Below are positions 55,967 through 64,000 of a DNA stretch of 64,000 bases, piece by piece; position 1 is the stretch's first letter, and each line of letters starts with the position of its first letter. Source of the stretch: Burkholderiales bacterium (GTDB taxonomy: Bacteria; Pseudomonadota; Gammaproteobacteria; Burkholderiales; SG8-39). Location: assembly GCA_035456405.1 (NCBI GenBank), contig DATIDG010000049.1:144835-208834 (forward strand), in the 5' to 3' direction. A program made the position numbers and the translations under genes. A model generated the notes under the pieces. It did not search any database, had not been told where the DNA came from, and was given only the letters and a program-made list of their open reading frames with translations.

Positions 55967-56290
55967 TCACCCTGTCCAGGCGTGCGCCAGCACGTCGAGG
56001 CGCAGGTCCTGGGTGAAGGAATCGCCGCCGCGCTCGGCGCTCAGGGTCACCACGTGGACGCCGGGCGCGTCGAACTTCACGTTGTGGGTGAAGGTCCCGC
56101 CGCCGGGCACGTCGGCGCTGGCAATGACCTGGCCGCGGACGTCGCGAAGCGTGCAGCGCACGGCCGCACCCGCGTCGAGCAGGGCCTGGATCCGGAACGG
56201 CTCGCCGACGACGCGCCGATACACTTGCGGATCACGATTCGCGTTGAACTGCAGCCCGTTCAGGCGAACGAGCTTCACGAGCTTGCTCAT
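55967..56290 (-). CDS. Hypothetical 107-aa protein (predicted beta-rich)
   Basis: ATG at 56290. Strong G/C third-position bias throughout the ORF. I recognise no family. Confidence 0.6.
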   Translation of the reverse strand: MSKLVKLVRLNGLQFNANRDPQVYRRVVGEPFRIQALLDAGAAVRCTLRDVRGQVIASADVPGGGTFTHNVKFDAPGVHVVTLSAERGGDSFTQDLRLDVLAHAWTG

Positions 56291-56349
56291 CGCAGGAGCC
56301 TCTTCCGCTAGAATCGGCCCGACATTAGCAAACCCTAATATTGAGCGCA

Positions 56350-56745
56350 ATGCTCCACGAGCGCCTCGACCGGATCGACCAGGAGCTCTCGACCCTCGAG
56401 ACCGAAGTCGGCACGCACGAAGCCGACGCACTCGCTGCGCTGCTCGAGCAGGCGATCTCGCTTGTCGCCCGCACGATGCGGGCGTGGATCGAAGCGGAAG
56501 GGAAACTGGCGCCGCCCCCGGACGCCGATGTCCTCGAGGTCTGGAAGGTGCTGGTGAAAGGCGACCCGACCTGGAACGCCATTCGCGACAACTGCCGCGA
56601 GCTCGTCTACTACCGGAACTGCCTCGCGCTCGGTCGCGCGGACGCGCTGCCACCGGTGCCGCAGCGGATGGCGGTGCGCACAGCCCGCCACATCTTCCTG
56701 TACGTGCGCTCGCGCGCGCAGCGCGCCGCCGACGCGAGCCGATGA
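56350..56745 (+). CDS. Hypothetical 131-aa helical protein
   Basis: ATG at 56350 (a TTG at 56341 is also possible). Coding-type G/C third-position bias. I recognise no family. Confidence 0.6.
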   Translation: MLHERLDRIDQELSTLETEVGTHEADALAALLEQAISLVARTMRAWIEAEGKLAPPPDADVLEVWKVLVKGDPTWNAIRDNCRELVYYRNCLALGRADALPPVPQRMAVRTARHIFLYVRSRAQRAADASR

Positions 56746-56747
56746 GC

Positions 56748-57767
56748 TCAATCCGGCACGCGCTCGGCAGGCGTGAGCGCGAGCTCGAGCCGCCGCCCGC
56801 GCCGGAGGACCGATACGGTCGCGCGCCGCCCGATGCGGTCCGCGCCGAGCTGGCGGTGCAGGTCGTCGATGCCGCCCACCCGGACGCCGTCGAACGCGAC
56901 GATGAGATCGCCCGGCTCGAGGCCGGCCCGTGCCGCCGGGCCGTCGCGCGCGAGCGACTCGACGCGCACTGCGCGGTCGCCGTCGAGCGCGTGGTGGCGG
57001 ACGAGGCGTCGCATGAGCGGCACATTCGCGCCGGCGAGGCCCAGGTAGCCCCGCCGCACGCGGCCGTGGCGAAGCAGCTCCATGATCACCCACTGCGCCG
57101 TGTCGATGGCGGTGGCGAAGCAGATGCCCTGCGCCATCGGGATGATCGCGGTGTTGACGCCGATGACGCGGCCGCCCGCGTCGACGAGCGGCCCGCCCGA
57201 GTTGCCGGGGTTGAGAGCCGCGTCAGTCTGGATCACGTCGTCGATCAGCCGCCCGGTGGTGGCGCGGAGGCTGCGGCCGAGCGCGCTCACCACGCCGGCG
57301 GTCACCGAGTGCTGGAAGCCGTACGGGTTGCCGATGGCGATTGCGAGCTGCCCGACGCGCACGTTGCGCGAGCGTCCGAGCGGTGCGGTGGCGAGCCCGC
57401 CAGCGCCGACGCGGATCACCGCGATGTCGGTGTCCGGATCGTCGCCGATGAGGTCCGCGTCGTAGGCGGCGCCGTCCGCGAACGTGGCCTTGACTCCGCG
57501 CGCGCCGTGAACGACGTGGCTGTTGGTCACCAGCAGCCCGTCGGGGGTGAACGCGAACGCCGAACCGCTCCCGCGCCGCGCACCGCCACGCCGCGATTGC
57601 GGCTGCTCGACGTCGAGGTGAGCCACGGCGGGGCCGACCCGCTCGGCCGCCGCGACCACGGCCCGCGAATAGGCGTCGAGGAGATCGCCGTCGGCGTCGC
57701 CAGGGGGCGCACCTGGCGCGGCGGAGCCGCCGGTCTCGTCGAGAACGAACTGCGGAAATGCGCCCAT
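56748..57767 (-). CDS. S1C (HtrA/DegP-like) trypsin-fold serine protease with a PDZ domain and no signal peptide
   Basis: Catalytic His (TNSHVV), Asp (TDIAVI) and Ser (GNSGGPL). C-terminal PDZ domain (GLEPGDLIVAFDG). The N-terminus MGAFPQFVLDETGG is not hydrophobic. Confidence 0.9.
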   Translation of the reverse strand: MGAFPQFVLDETGGSAAPGAPPGDADGDLLDAYSRAVVAAAERVGPAVAHLDVEQPQSRRGGARRGSGSAFAFTPDGLLVTNSHVVHGARGVKATFADGAAYDADLIGDDPDTDIAVIRVGAGGLATAPLGRSRNVRVGQLAIAIGNPYGFQHSVTAGVVSALGRSLRATTGRLIDDVIQTDAALNPGNSGGPLVDAGGRVIGVNTAIIPMAQGICFATAIDTAQWVIMELLRHGRVRRGYLGLAGANVPLMRRLVRHHALDGDRAVRVESLARDGPAARAGLEPGDLIVAFDGVRVGGIDDLHRQLGADRIGRRATVSVLRRGRRLELALTPAERVPD

Positions 57768-57852
57768 GTCGGCCTCGGGATCGGTCCTGGTCCTGGCGAG
57801 GTTGGGGCGCCGCGCGGGAAGTCAATCGCACCGGCGTCCGGCCGGAACACGC

Positions 57853-59037
57853 ATGGGAGCTAACCCGCCCCTCGTTCCGGCCGGACGCAGGGCGGTCTTC
57901 ATCGCCTCGCCGCAGTTCAGGCGGCCGTCGTACGGCAAAAACCATCCGCTCGCGATCCCGCGCGTCGCGCTCACGCTCGATCTGGTGCGCGCGTTCGGCG
58001 CAATCGGGCCTGGCGAGCTGCTGACCGCGCGCAAGGCGGCCGATTTCGAGCTCGAATGGTTCCACGCCCGCGAGTACGTCGCGGCGATCCGCATGGCCGA
58101 GACACTCGGGCGGGTGAAGACCGCGTGGCGGGAGCGCTTCAGGCTGGGCACGCTGGAGAACCCGTTCTTTGCTCACCTGTTCACGACGCCGGCGACCGCG
58201 ACGGGGGCGAGCGTTCAGGCGGCCGAGGAGGTCCTCGCCGGCCGCGTTGCGTTCAATCCCGCCGGGGGCATGCACCATGCGCGTCCCGGCCATGCGCAGG
58301 GGTTCTGCTACTTCAACGACCCCGCGCTCGCCGTGATCCGCCTGCGCCGCGCCGGGGTGCGGGTTCTGTACGTCGATCTGGACGCGCATCACGCCGATGC
58401 CGTCGAGGACGCCTTCGCGCGCGATCCCGAGGTGCTCACGCTCTCGCTGCACATGGACAGCCGGTATGCGTATCCGAATGCGGGCGGCCGCTTCGAGGAT
58501 TGCGGCACGGCGGAAGGCAGGCACGCGACGATCAACAGTGCGTTGCCGAAGGGCGTGAACGACTCCGAGTACCGCCTCGTCTTCGATGCCGCATGGGGGC
58601 GCGCAGTCGAGCGGTTCCGCCCGGATGCGGTCGTCCTGCAGGCGGGAACGGATGCGCTCGCAGTCGACCCGCTCGGCAAATTAGCGCTCTCGACGCAGGG
58701 TTTCCTCGCGATCGCGCGCACGATTGTCGACTCGAGCCCGCGCCATCCGGACGGCACGCCGCGCCTCGTCGCGACCGGCGGCGGCGGCTATCATCCGATT
58801 GCGGTGGCGCGCGCGTGGACGGGCCTGTGGGCGGTGCTCTCCGGGCGCGAGCTCGATGCGGCGGTCCCGCCGGCAGGCGCCGAACTGCTCCGCAGCGTGC
58901 TTTGGGAGGGCGGAGAGGACGACGAGCCGGGTCGGCTCTTTGAATCGCTGGCCGACGAGCCGGCCGATGGACCGGTGCGCGAGGAGATCCGCGCGCTCGC
59001 GCGGCGCATCCCGACGCACCCGTTCTTGTCGCAATGA
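57853..59037 (+). CDS. Histone-deacetylase-family protein (AcuC/acetylpolyamine-amidohydrolase-like)
   Basis: GGMHHA, FCYFND, DLDAHHADAV and GGGGYH motifs. The ATG at 57853 was chosen over the track's 57766. Confidence 0.87.
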   Translation: MGANPPLVPAGRRAVFIASPQFRRPSYGKNHPLAIPRVALTLDLVRAFGAIGPGELLTARKAADFELEWFHAREYVAAIRMAETLGRVKTAWRERFRLGTLENPFFAHLFTTPATATGASVQAAEEVLAGRVAFNPAGGMHHARPGHAQGFCYFNDPALAVIRLRRAGVRVLYVDLDAHHADAVEDAFARDPEVLTLSLHMDSRYAYPNAGGRFEDCGTAEGRHATINSALPKGVNDSEYRLVFDAAWGRAVERFRPDAVVLQAGTDALAVDPLGKLALSTQGFLAIARTIVDSSPRHPDGTPRLVATGGGGYHPIAVARAWTGLWAVLSGRELDAAVPPAGAELLRSVLWEGGEDDEPGRLFESLADEPADGPVREEIRALARRIPTHPFLSQ

Positions 59038-60179
59038 GCGCGACGATTCCCGGGCTCGCGACCCGCGCGGCGACCGAGCGCTACTCGCAGACGTTCGGCT
59101 CGGCCTGCGCCGCGGGTCACTTCAGCGACTTCCTGAATCTGCACCTGCGGCTGTCCTCGCTCGGGCTCGGAACCTTTCCCGGCGCCGCGACCGACGAGGT
59201 CGACGAGGCCTACGCCGCGATCGTTCATCGCGCGGCGCTCGCCGGGATCAACGTGTTCGACACCGCCGCACACTATCGATACGGCCGCTCGGCACGGGCG
59301 CTCGGCGAAGGCCTCAGGCGCGCGTTCGCGGGCGGCGTCGCGCGCGAGCAGGTGTACGTGGTGGCGAAGGGCGGGTTCCTGGCGTTCGACGGCGGCGCGC
59401 CGGACGACCTCGACCGCTGGTTCGACGCGCACGTGGTTGCGCGCGGTCTCGGCGGGCGCGACGATCTGGCCGGCCAGCATTGCCTTTCGGCCGGCTACCT
59501 GATCCAGCAGCTCGACGCGGTGCGCGCGGCGACGGGGCTCGAAACGCTCGACGCGTTCCTGCTCGACCAGCCCGAGGTGCACTACGCCGCGGCCGGCAAG
59601 GAGCGGGCGCACCGCAAGATGACCGGGGTCTTCGAGGCGCTCGAGCGGGCGGTGCGCGACGGGCGCATCGGCTGCTACGGCATCTCGAGCTTCGATGCGT
59701 TCCGGGTCGAAACCGATGCGGTTTCGTTCCAGTCGCTCACGTCGTTGCTGGCCCTGGCCGAGAAGGCGGCCCGGGTCGCGCACGGCAACGATCGCGCCCG
59801 GCACGCGCTCCGCATCGTCCAGCTTCCGTTCAACCAGGCGATGACCGAGGGATTCACGCGGTTCTCACAGGTCACGGGGCAGGGCAACCTCGCCTCGACG
59901 GTGCAGGCGGCGCACCAGCTGCGCGTCTACGCGATGGCGAGCCACGTGATGGGGAAGGGCGCTTTCGCGGCTGCGGCCGCCGGTTCGGTGCGCGCGCGCC
60001 TTTCCGGTCTCGCCAACGACGCGCGGCGCGCGCTGCAGTTCGCGCGCTCGACGCCCGGGATCGGGACGGCGCTCGTGGGCGTGAGCACGCCCGCGCACCT
60101 CGACGACGCCCTGGCGGTGGCGCGCACCGCGCCGCTCGAACGGGCAGACTATCTCGCGCTGTTCGAACGTGCCAGCTAG
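59034..60179 (+). CDS. Aldo/keto reductase family oxidoreductase
   Basis: LGLGTF...INVFDTAAHYRYGRSARALG is an AKR N-terminal signature. The start overlaps the HDAC-like stop (ATGA). Confidence 0.85.
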   Translation: MSATIPGLATRAATERYSQTFGSACAAGHFSDFLNLHLRLSSLGLGTFPGAATDEVDEAYAAIVHRAALAGINVFDTAAHYRYGRSARALGEGLRRAFAGGVAREQVYVVAKGGFLAFDGGAPDDLDRWFDAHVVARGLGGRDDLAGQHCLSAGYLIQQLDAVRAATGLETLDAFLLDQPEVHYAAAGKERAHRKMTGVFEALERAVRDGRIGCYGISSFDAFRVETDAVSFQSLTSLLALAEKAARVAHGNDRARHALRIVQLPFNQAMTEGFTRFSQVTGQGNLASTVQAAHQLRVYAMASHVMGKGAFAAAAAGSVRARLSGLANDARRALQFARSTPGIGTALVGVSTPAHLDDALAVARTAPLERADYLALFERAS

Positions 60180-61477
60180 CGGTCCGGCTTGTCCATGCCG
60201 ATCAGGTGGAGCGAGTCGCCCTGGCGCTGGTTGTACAGGTGGCGCTTGCGGACTAGCATCATCGAGCCGCTCACGAACAGGCCGAAGAGCACGATGATGG
60301 TGAAGACGGAAAATTCGACCCTGATCATGACCGCGTAGAGCGCGAGCATGACGAGGATCGACAAATTCTCGTTGAAATTCTGCACCGCGATCGAGTGGCC
60401 GGCTCCCATCAGGATGTGACCGCGGTGCTGGAGCAGGGCGTTCATAGGGACGACGAAGAAGCCGGCGAGGCCGCCGACGGCCACGAGCAGCGGGATCGCG
60501 ACCCAGAGATCGCGCACGAAGTTCATCCCGATGACGATCACGCCCATCGCGATGCCGACCGGCAGCACGCTCACCGCCTGCCGGAGTGATATGTAGCGGG
60601 CCGCGGCCACCGCACCCGCCGCGATGCCGACGGCGGTGATGCCCTGCAGGGCGGTGGCCTTCGAGAGCGGATAGCCGAGCGCCGCCCTCGCCCATTCGAG
60701 CACGATGAACTGGAGCGTGGCGCCCGCGCCCCAGAAGAGCGTCGTGGTCGCGAGCGAGATCTGCCCGAGCTTGTCCTTCCAGAGCAGGTTGTTGCAGTGG
60801 GCGAAATCGCGGATGAGGTAGAACGGGTTCTTCTTGGGGAGGTGATGGTCCACCCCGGTGTCGGGAATGAACAGATTGAATATCGCCGCGACGACGTAGC
60901 CGAGGACGATTATGGCGACGGCTGCCTCGCCCGGCGTGTCGACGTGGGTGTCGATACGCGGCAGGTCGATCGCGAGCAGCTCGCGCGACACCGTCTCGCT
61001 CACCAGCACGCCGCCGGCGAGCGTGCCGAGAATGATCGAGCCGACGGTGAGGCCCTCGATCCAGCCGTTCGCCGCGACGAGCTGGCTCGGCGGCAGCAGC
61101 TCGGTCAGGATGCCGTACTTGGCGGGCGAGTATGCGGCGGCGCCGAGCCCGACGACGGCGTAGGCGATCAGCACCGTGAGGAACTCGTCGACTCCCGAAG
61201 GCGTGAGCTGCGCGTAGAAGAACATCATCAGGCAGCCGGCCACCTTGATCATGTTGGTGATGAACATGACCCGGCCCTTGGGCATCGAGTCGGCGAACGC
61301 GCCGACGAACGCCGCGAGGGCGACGTACGAGATGGTGAAGAAGAACTTCAGGAGCGGCACCATCCACGGCGGGCCGCTGAGTTGCGCGAGCAGCTGGATC
61401 GCGGCGATCAGGAGCGCGTTGTCGGCGAGCGACGAGAAGAACTGCGCCGCCATGATCGTGTAGAAGCCGCGCTTCAT
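60176..61477 (-). CDS. lplT: Lysophospholipid transporter LplT (MFS)
   Basis: 433 aa from the ATG at 61477. MKRGFYTIMAAQFFSSLADNALLIAAI plus about 12 TM segments. Confidence 0.88.
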   Translation of the reverse strand: MKRGFYTIMAAQFFSSLADNALLIAAIQLLAQLSGPPWMVPLLKFFFTISYVALAAFVGAFADSMPKGRVMFITNMIKVAGCLMMFFYAQLTPSGVDEFLTVLIAYAVVGLGAAAYSPAKYGILTELLPPSQLVAANGWIEGLTVGSIILGTLAGGVLVSETVSRELLAIDLPRIDTHVDTPGEAAVAIIVLGYVVAAIFNLFIPDTGVDHHLPKKNPFYLIRDFAHCNNLLWKDKLGQISLATTTLFWGAGATLQFIVLEWARAALGYPLSKATALQGITAVGIAAGAVAAARYISLRQAVSVLPVGIAMGVIVIGMNFVRDLWVAIPLLVAVGGLAGFFVVPMNALLQHRGHILMGAGHSIAVQNFNENLSILVMLALYAVMIRVEFSVFTIIVLFGLFVSGSMMLVRKRHLYNQRQGDSLHLIGMDKPDR

Positions 61478-61529
61478 CGGGCAATCCAGGCGAAGCGGTG
61501 CGCGAGCGGGGTGAAGGCCGGCGCGCGAG

Positions 61530-62015
61530 TCACCGCGCGTCGGGCTCGGCGGGGGCGGACCCGCTCCGGTCGGGTCCCCGGGCGAGCTCGCGCAGCAGTC
61601 GCTCCTGCTCGGCGAACGAGGGCGCGCGGCCGCCCGGCTCGTCGATCGCGCGGCCGGTGTAGCCCGCGGGCGGGGCCTCGCCCCCCAGAAAGACGTCCCG
61701 GCGTATGCGCTTGTTGAGCCGGGTGACACGTCGGTCGATCCACCACGCGTCGTACGCGGCGGCCGCGAGCATCGCCAATCCGAGCCCGGCCGCCAGCTGC
61801 AGGCTCCAGACCGCGGCGGCGACGGTAACGAGGGACGCCGCTCGCCAGAGCCAGGCGCCAAGCCGGTCGTCGAGGTAGGCTCGGTGCAGTCCGAGCGGTG
61901 CGACCAGGAGCAGGGCCCATGCACGACCGCGGCGCTTCAGGCGGCCGGCGAGCTCCAGGTTCGTGCGCTGCAGGCCGGCCCCCCCGAGGTCAAGCCGTTT
62001 CCAAGCCTCGCTCAA
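61530..62015 (-). CDS. Hypothetical membrane protein (TM2-like segment)
   Basis: TTG start with two hydrophobic helices. RGRAWALLLVAPLGLHRAYL resembles a TM2-domain motif. Coding-type third-position bias. Confidence 0.5.
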   Translation of the reverse strand: MSEAWKRLDLGGAGLQRTNLELAGRLKRRGRAWALLLVAPLGLHRAYLDDRLGAWLWRAASLVTVAAAVWSLQLAAGLGLAMLAAAAYDAWWIDRRVTRLNKRIRRDVFLGGEAPPAGYTGRAIDEPGGRAPSFAEQERLLRELARGPDRSGSAPAEPDAR

Positions 62016-62130
62016 GGCGCCGTCGGCCGCGAAATCGGCTTGCGGCCGCCATAAGTTTGGTTCATGGAGCGATTTATGATTGAATAGCGCGCGGAGGATA
62101 GCACACGCCCTTATCGCCGAAACGGACCCG

Positions 62131-63033
62131 ATGGCCGATCGCCGACTCCAGGTCTTTCACGCCGTGGCGAAGCAGATGAGCTTCACCAAGGCAGCCGAGA
62201 CGTTGTTCATGACGCAGCCCGCGGTGACCTTCCAGATCAAACAGCTGGAGGAGCACTTCAACACGCGCCTGTTCGAGCGCGGACACGGCCGGATCGCGCT
62301 CACTCCGGCCGGCGAGATCGTCCTGGAGTACGCGGAGCGCATCCTCGCGCTCTCGACGGAGCTCGAGACGCGACTGCGGGAGATGACGGGGCGCCTCTCG
62401 GGGCCGCTTCTCATCGGCGCGAGCACGACGATCGCCGAGTTTCTCCTGCCGCGCGTCCTCGGCGAGTTCAAGTCGCAGCATCCCGAGGTGCAGCCGAAGC
62501 TGGTCGTGGGCAACTCCGAGGCGATCGAGAACCGGGTCGCAGAGCACACGCTCGACATCGGTCTCATCGAGGCGCCATCGCACTTGCCGTCCCTGCTCAC
62601 GGAGATGTGCTGTGAGGACGAGCTGCAGGTCGTCGTGGCGCCGAACCATCCCCTCGCGAAGGCGAAGAGCGTGCAACCCAAGCAGCTGCTCGCGTACCCG
62701 TACGTCAGCCGTGAGAGCGGCTCGGGCACGCGCGAGTTCACCGACCTCTACTTCCGCAAGGGCGGCGTGAACCCCGCCGAGCTGAAGGTCGTCATGGAGC
62801 TGGGGAGCCCCGAGGCGCTCAAGGGCGTGGCCGAAACGGGGCTCGGCTTCGCGATCCTCTCCAAGGCTGCAGTCGCGAAGGAGCAGAAGCTCGGCGAACT
62901 CGTCGCAATTCCCCTCGCGCCCAAGCTGCTCCGGTCGCTTTCGCTCGTCTACCCCAAGCAGAAGTTCCGCTCCCGGCTCGTCAACACGTTCGTGTCGTTC
63001 GCCCAGACGCGGCTGAAGGACGCAGTGCTGTAA
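62131..63033 (+). CDS. LysR-family transcriptional regulator
   Basis: MADRRLQVFHAVAKQMSFTKAAETLFMTQPAVTFQIKQLE is the LysR HTH. Length is 300 aa. Confidence 0.92.
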   Translation: MADRRLQVFHAVAKQMSFTKAAETLFMTQPAVTFQIKQLEEHFNTRLFERGHGRIALTPAGEIVLEYAERILALSTELETRLREMTGRLSGPLLIGASTTIAEFLLPRVLGEFKSQHPEVQPKLVVGNSEAIENRVAEHTLDIGLIEAPSHLPSLLTEMCCEDELQVVVAPNHPLAKAKSVQPKQLLAYPYVSRESGSGTREFTDLYFRKGGVNPAELKVVMELGSPEALKGVAETGLGFAILSKAAVAKEQKLGELVAIPLAPKLLRSLSLVYPKQKFRSRLVNTFVSFAQTRLKDAVL

Positions 63034-63209
63034 TCGTCGCGGCGCGCGGGAAACCGGAAAAGACCGCGTGCCGACGTGCGCGCTGTCCGGCGTCGGCGTG
63101 GGGTTCCGCGTCTGACCGGGAGCGATCGTCGGCGTTTCCGGCGCGGGGTCGCCCTCGCGGCTCGTGCTAGCATCGCCACGCAGGCGTTGCTGCCATTCCG
63201 CGCACGGCG

Positions 63210-63959
63210 ATGGTCCGTTTCCTCGCGATCCAGCACACGTTCTCGGAGTTCTTCGGCGCCCTCGAGCCCCGGTTCGAGGCGCGCGACATCGCATTCACCT
63301 ACCTGCGGCCGGTGACTGGCCAGGACGTGACCGCGGCGGCGGGCCAGTTCGACTGCCTGTGGCTGCTCGGTGGCGCGCACCCCGTGGCCGACCGTGAGCA
63401 CTGCCCGTGGATCGAAGATGAACTGCGGCTCGTGACGGCCTTCGCCAGATCGCGCCGGCCGGTCGTCGGGCTGGGGTTCGGCGCGCACGTCATCGCGGTC
63501 GCGCACGGCGGCGCACCGCGCATGGATCCGGAGCACGATGCCTATTGGACGACCGCGCATGCAACCGAAGCCGGCCGCGACGATCCGCTCGCGCGGGCCG
63601 TCGACGGGCGGCGGGTGCTCGTCATGACAAACGGCGGCGTCGACCTTCCGTCCGGCCTGGCGCCGGTCGTCGTGGACGAGCGGGGGCGCTGGATTGCGAT
63701 CCGGCCGACGCCGCTCGCATACGGGCTCACATTCCGGCCCGAGCTGAAGCCCGGCATGATCGAGGACATGATCATGGAGGACGATCGTCCGGTGCCGGAG
63801 AACATCGGTGCGCTGCTCGACGAGGCGCGCGTGCGCTGGGACGAAACGCAGGAGACGACCGCGCGCGTGATCGCGGCGCTGGTCGAGGCGCTCGATCTCA
63901 TGCAGGAGCGGCGGAAGATGCCGGTGTTCGGCCTCCGGCCGGTGAAGGAGGAGGGGTGA
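63210..63959 (+). CDS. Class I glutamine-amidotransferase-fold protein lacking the catalytic Cys/His
   Basis: The fold-typical layout reads LLGGAHP...VVGLGFGAHVIAVAHGG...GLTFRPE. The positions expected for G-x-C-x-G and H-P-E read GLGFG and RPE. Confidence 0.78.
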   Translation: MVRFLAIQHTFSEFFGALEPRFEARDIAFTYLRPVTGQDVTAAAGQFDCLWLLGGAHPVADREHCPWIEDELRLVTAFARSRRPVVGLGFGAHVIAVAHGGAPRMDPEHDAYWTTAHATEAGRDDPLARAVDGRRVLVMTNGGVDLPSGLAPVVVDERGRWIAIRPTPLAYGLTFRPELKPGMIEDMIMEDDRPVPENIGALLDEARVRWDETQETTARVIAALVEALDLMQERRKMPVFGLRPVKEEG

Positions 63960-64000
63960 AAGGGGAACGGCGCGCGGCGCACGACGGTCGGCTGCTCGCC
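63956..64000 (+). CDS. Possible 5' end of a further gene (truncated by the window edge)
   Basis: The GTG at 63956 overlaps the preceding TGA (GTGA) and is preceded by AAGGAGGAGG. Only 15 codons are visible. Confidence 0.25.
   Translation, partial: MKGERRAAHDGRLLA

Noticed and set aside
1-64000. Search for tRNA, rRNA, CRISPR arrays, transposases, integrases, and phage or known defence-system genes
   Set aside because: Reading both strands, I found no T-loop/GTTCGA-type tRNA signatures, no regularly spaced direct repeats and no recombinase or defence-domain motifs. The PIN-PhoH protein is a solitary housekeeping-type YlaK homologue.

Overview
High-GC chromosomal window, probably betaproteobacterial. 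The evidence is the rpsF-priB-rpsR-rplI-dnaB and alaC-hom-thrC gene orders and the presence of priB. It is almost fully coding, with about 60 supportable CDSs, mostly housekeeping: ribosomal proteins, dnaB, mutS, mfd, ispDF, cysE, suhB, trmJ, tsaB-rimI-udg and ompR-envZ. I saw no rRNA, tRNA, CRISPR array, transposase or integrase. The ORF track always takes the longest ATG/GTG/TTG start, so many tracks fuse a real gene to upstream non-coding or antisense sequence. I re-derived starts by hand where I could. Six regions deserve a second look. (1) A translationally coupled four-gene operon on the minus strand (23192 to 15547): a fused NfnA-NfnB-like reductase, a Zn-ribbon/diiron ferritin-like protein, PFOR and a DHOD-like flavoprotein, with an FNR-type palindrome upstream. 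(2) An ECF sigma factor with no adjacent anti-sigma gene, co-oriented behind a 6-phosphogluconolactonase-fold protein whose catalytic motifs look degenerate. (3) A visibly lower-GC segment (about 26.85-31.15 kb) between mutS and that sigma gene that encodes only signal-peptide proteins: a CxxC protein, an Asp-box propeller, a c-type cytochrome and an HExxH protein. (4) A five-gene SDR/HADH/BKACE/acyl-CoA-synthetase/TauE operon of unknown substrate. (5) A metallophosphoesterase gene carrying both an in-frame TGA and a frameshift. (6) Two copies of a CACAGAG-type palindromic intergenic repeat. All functional calls rest on motif recognition by eye. No database search was run.
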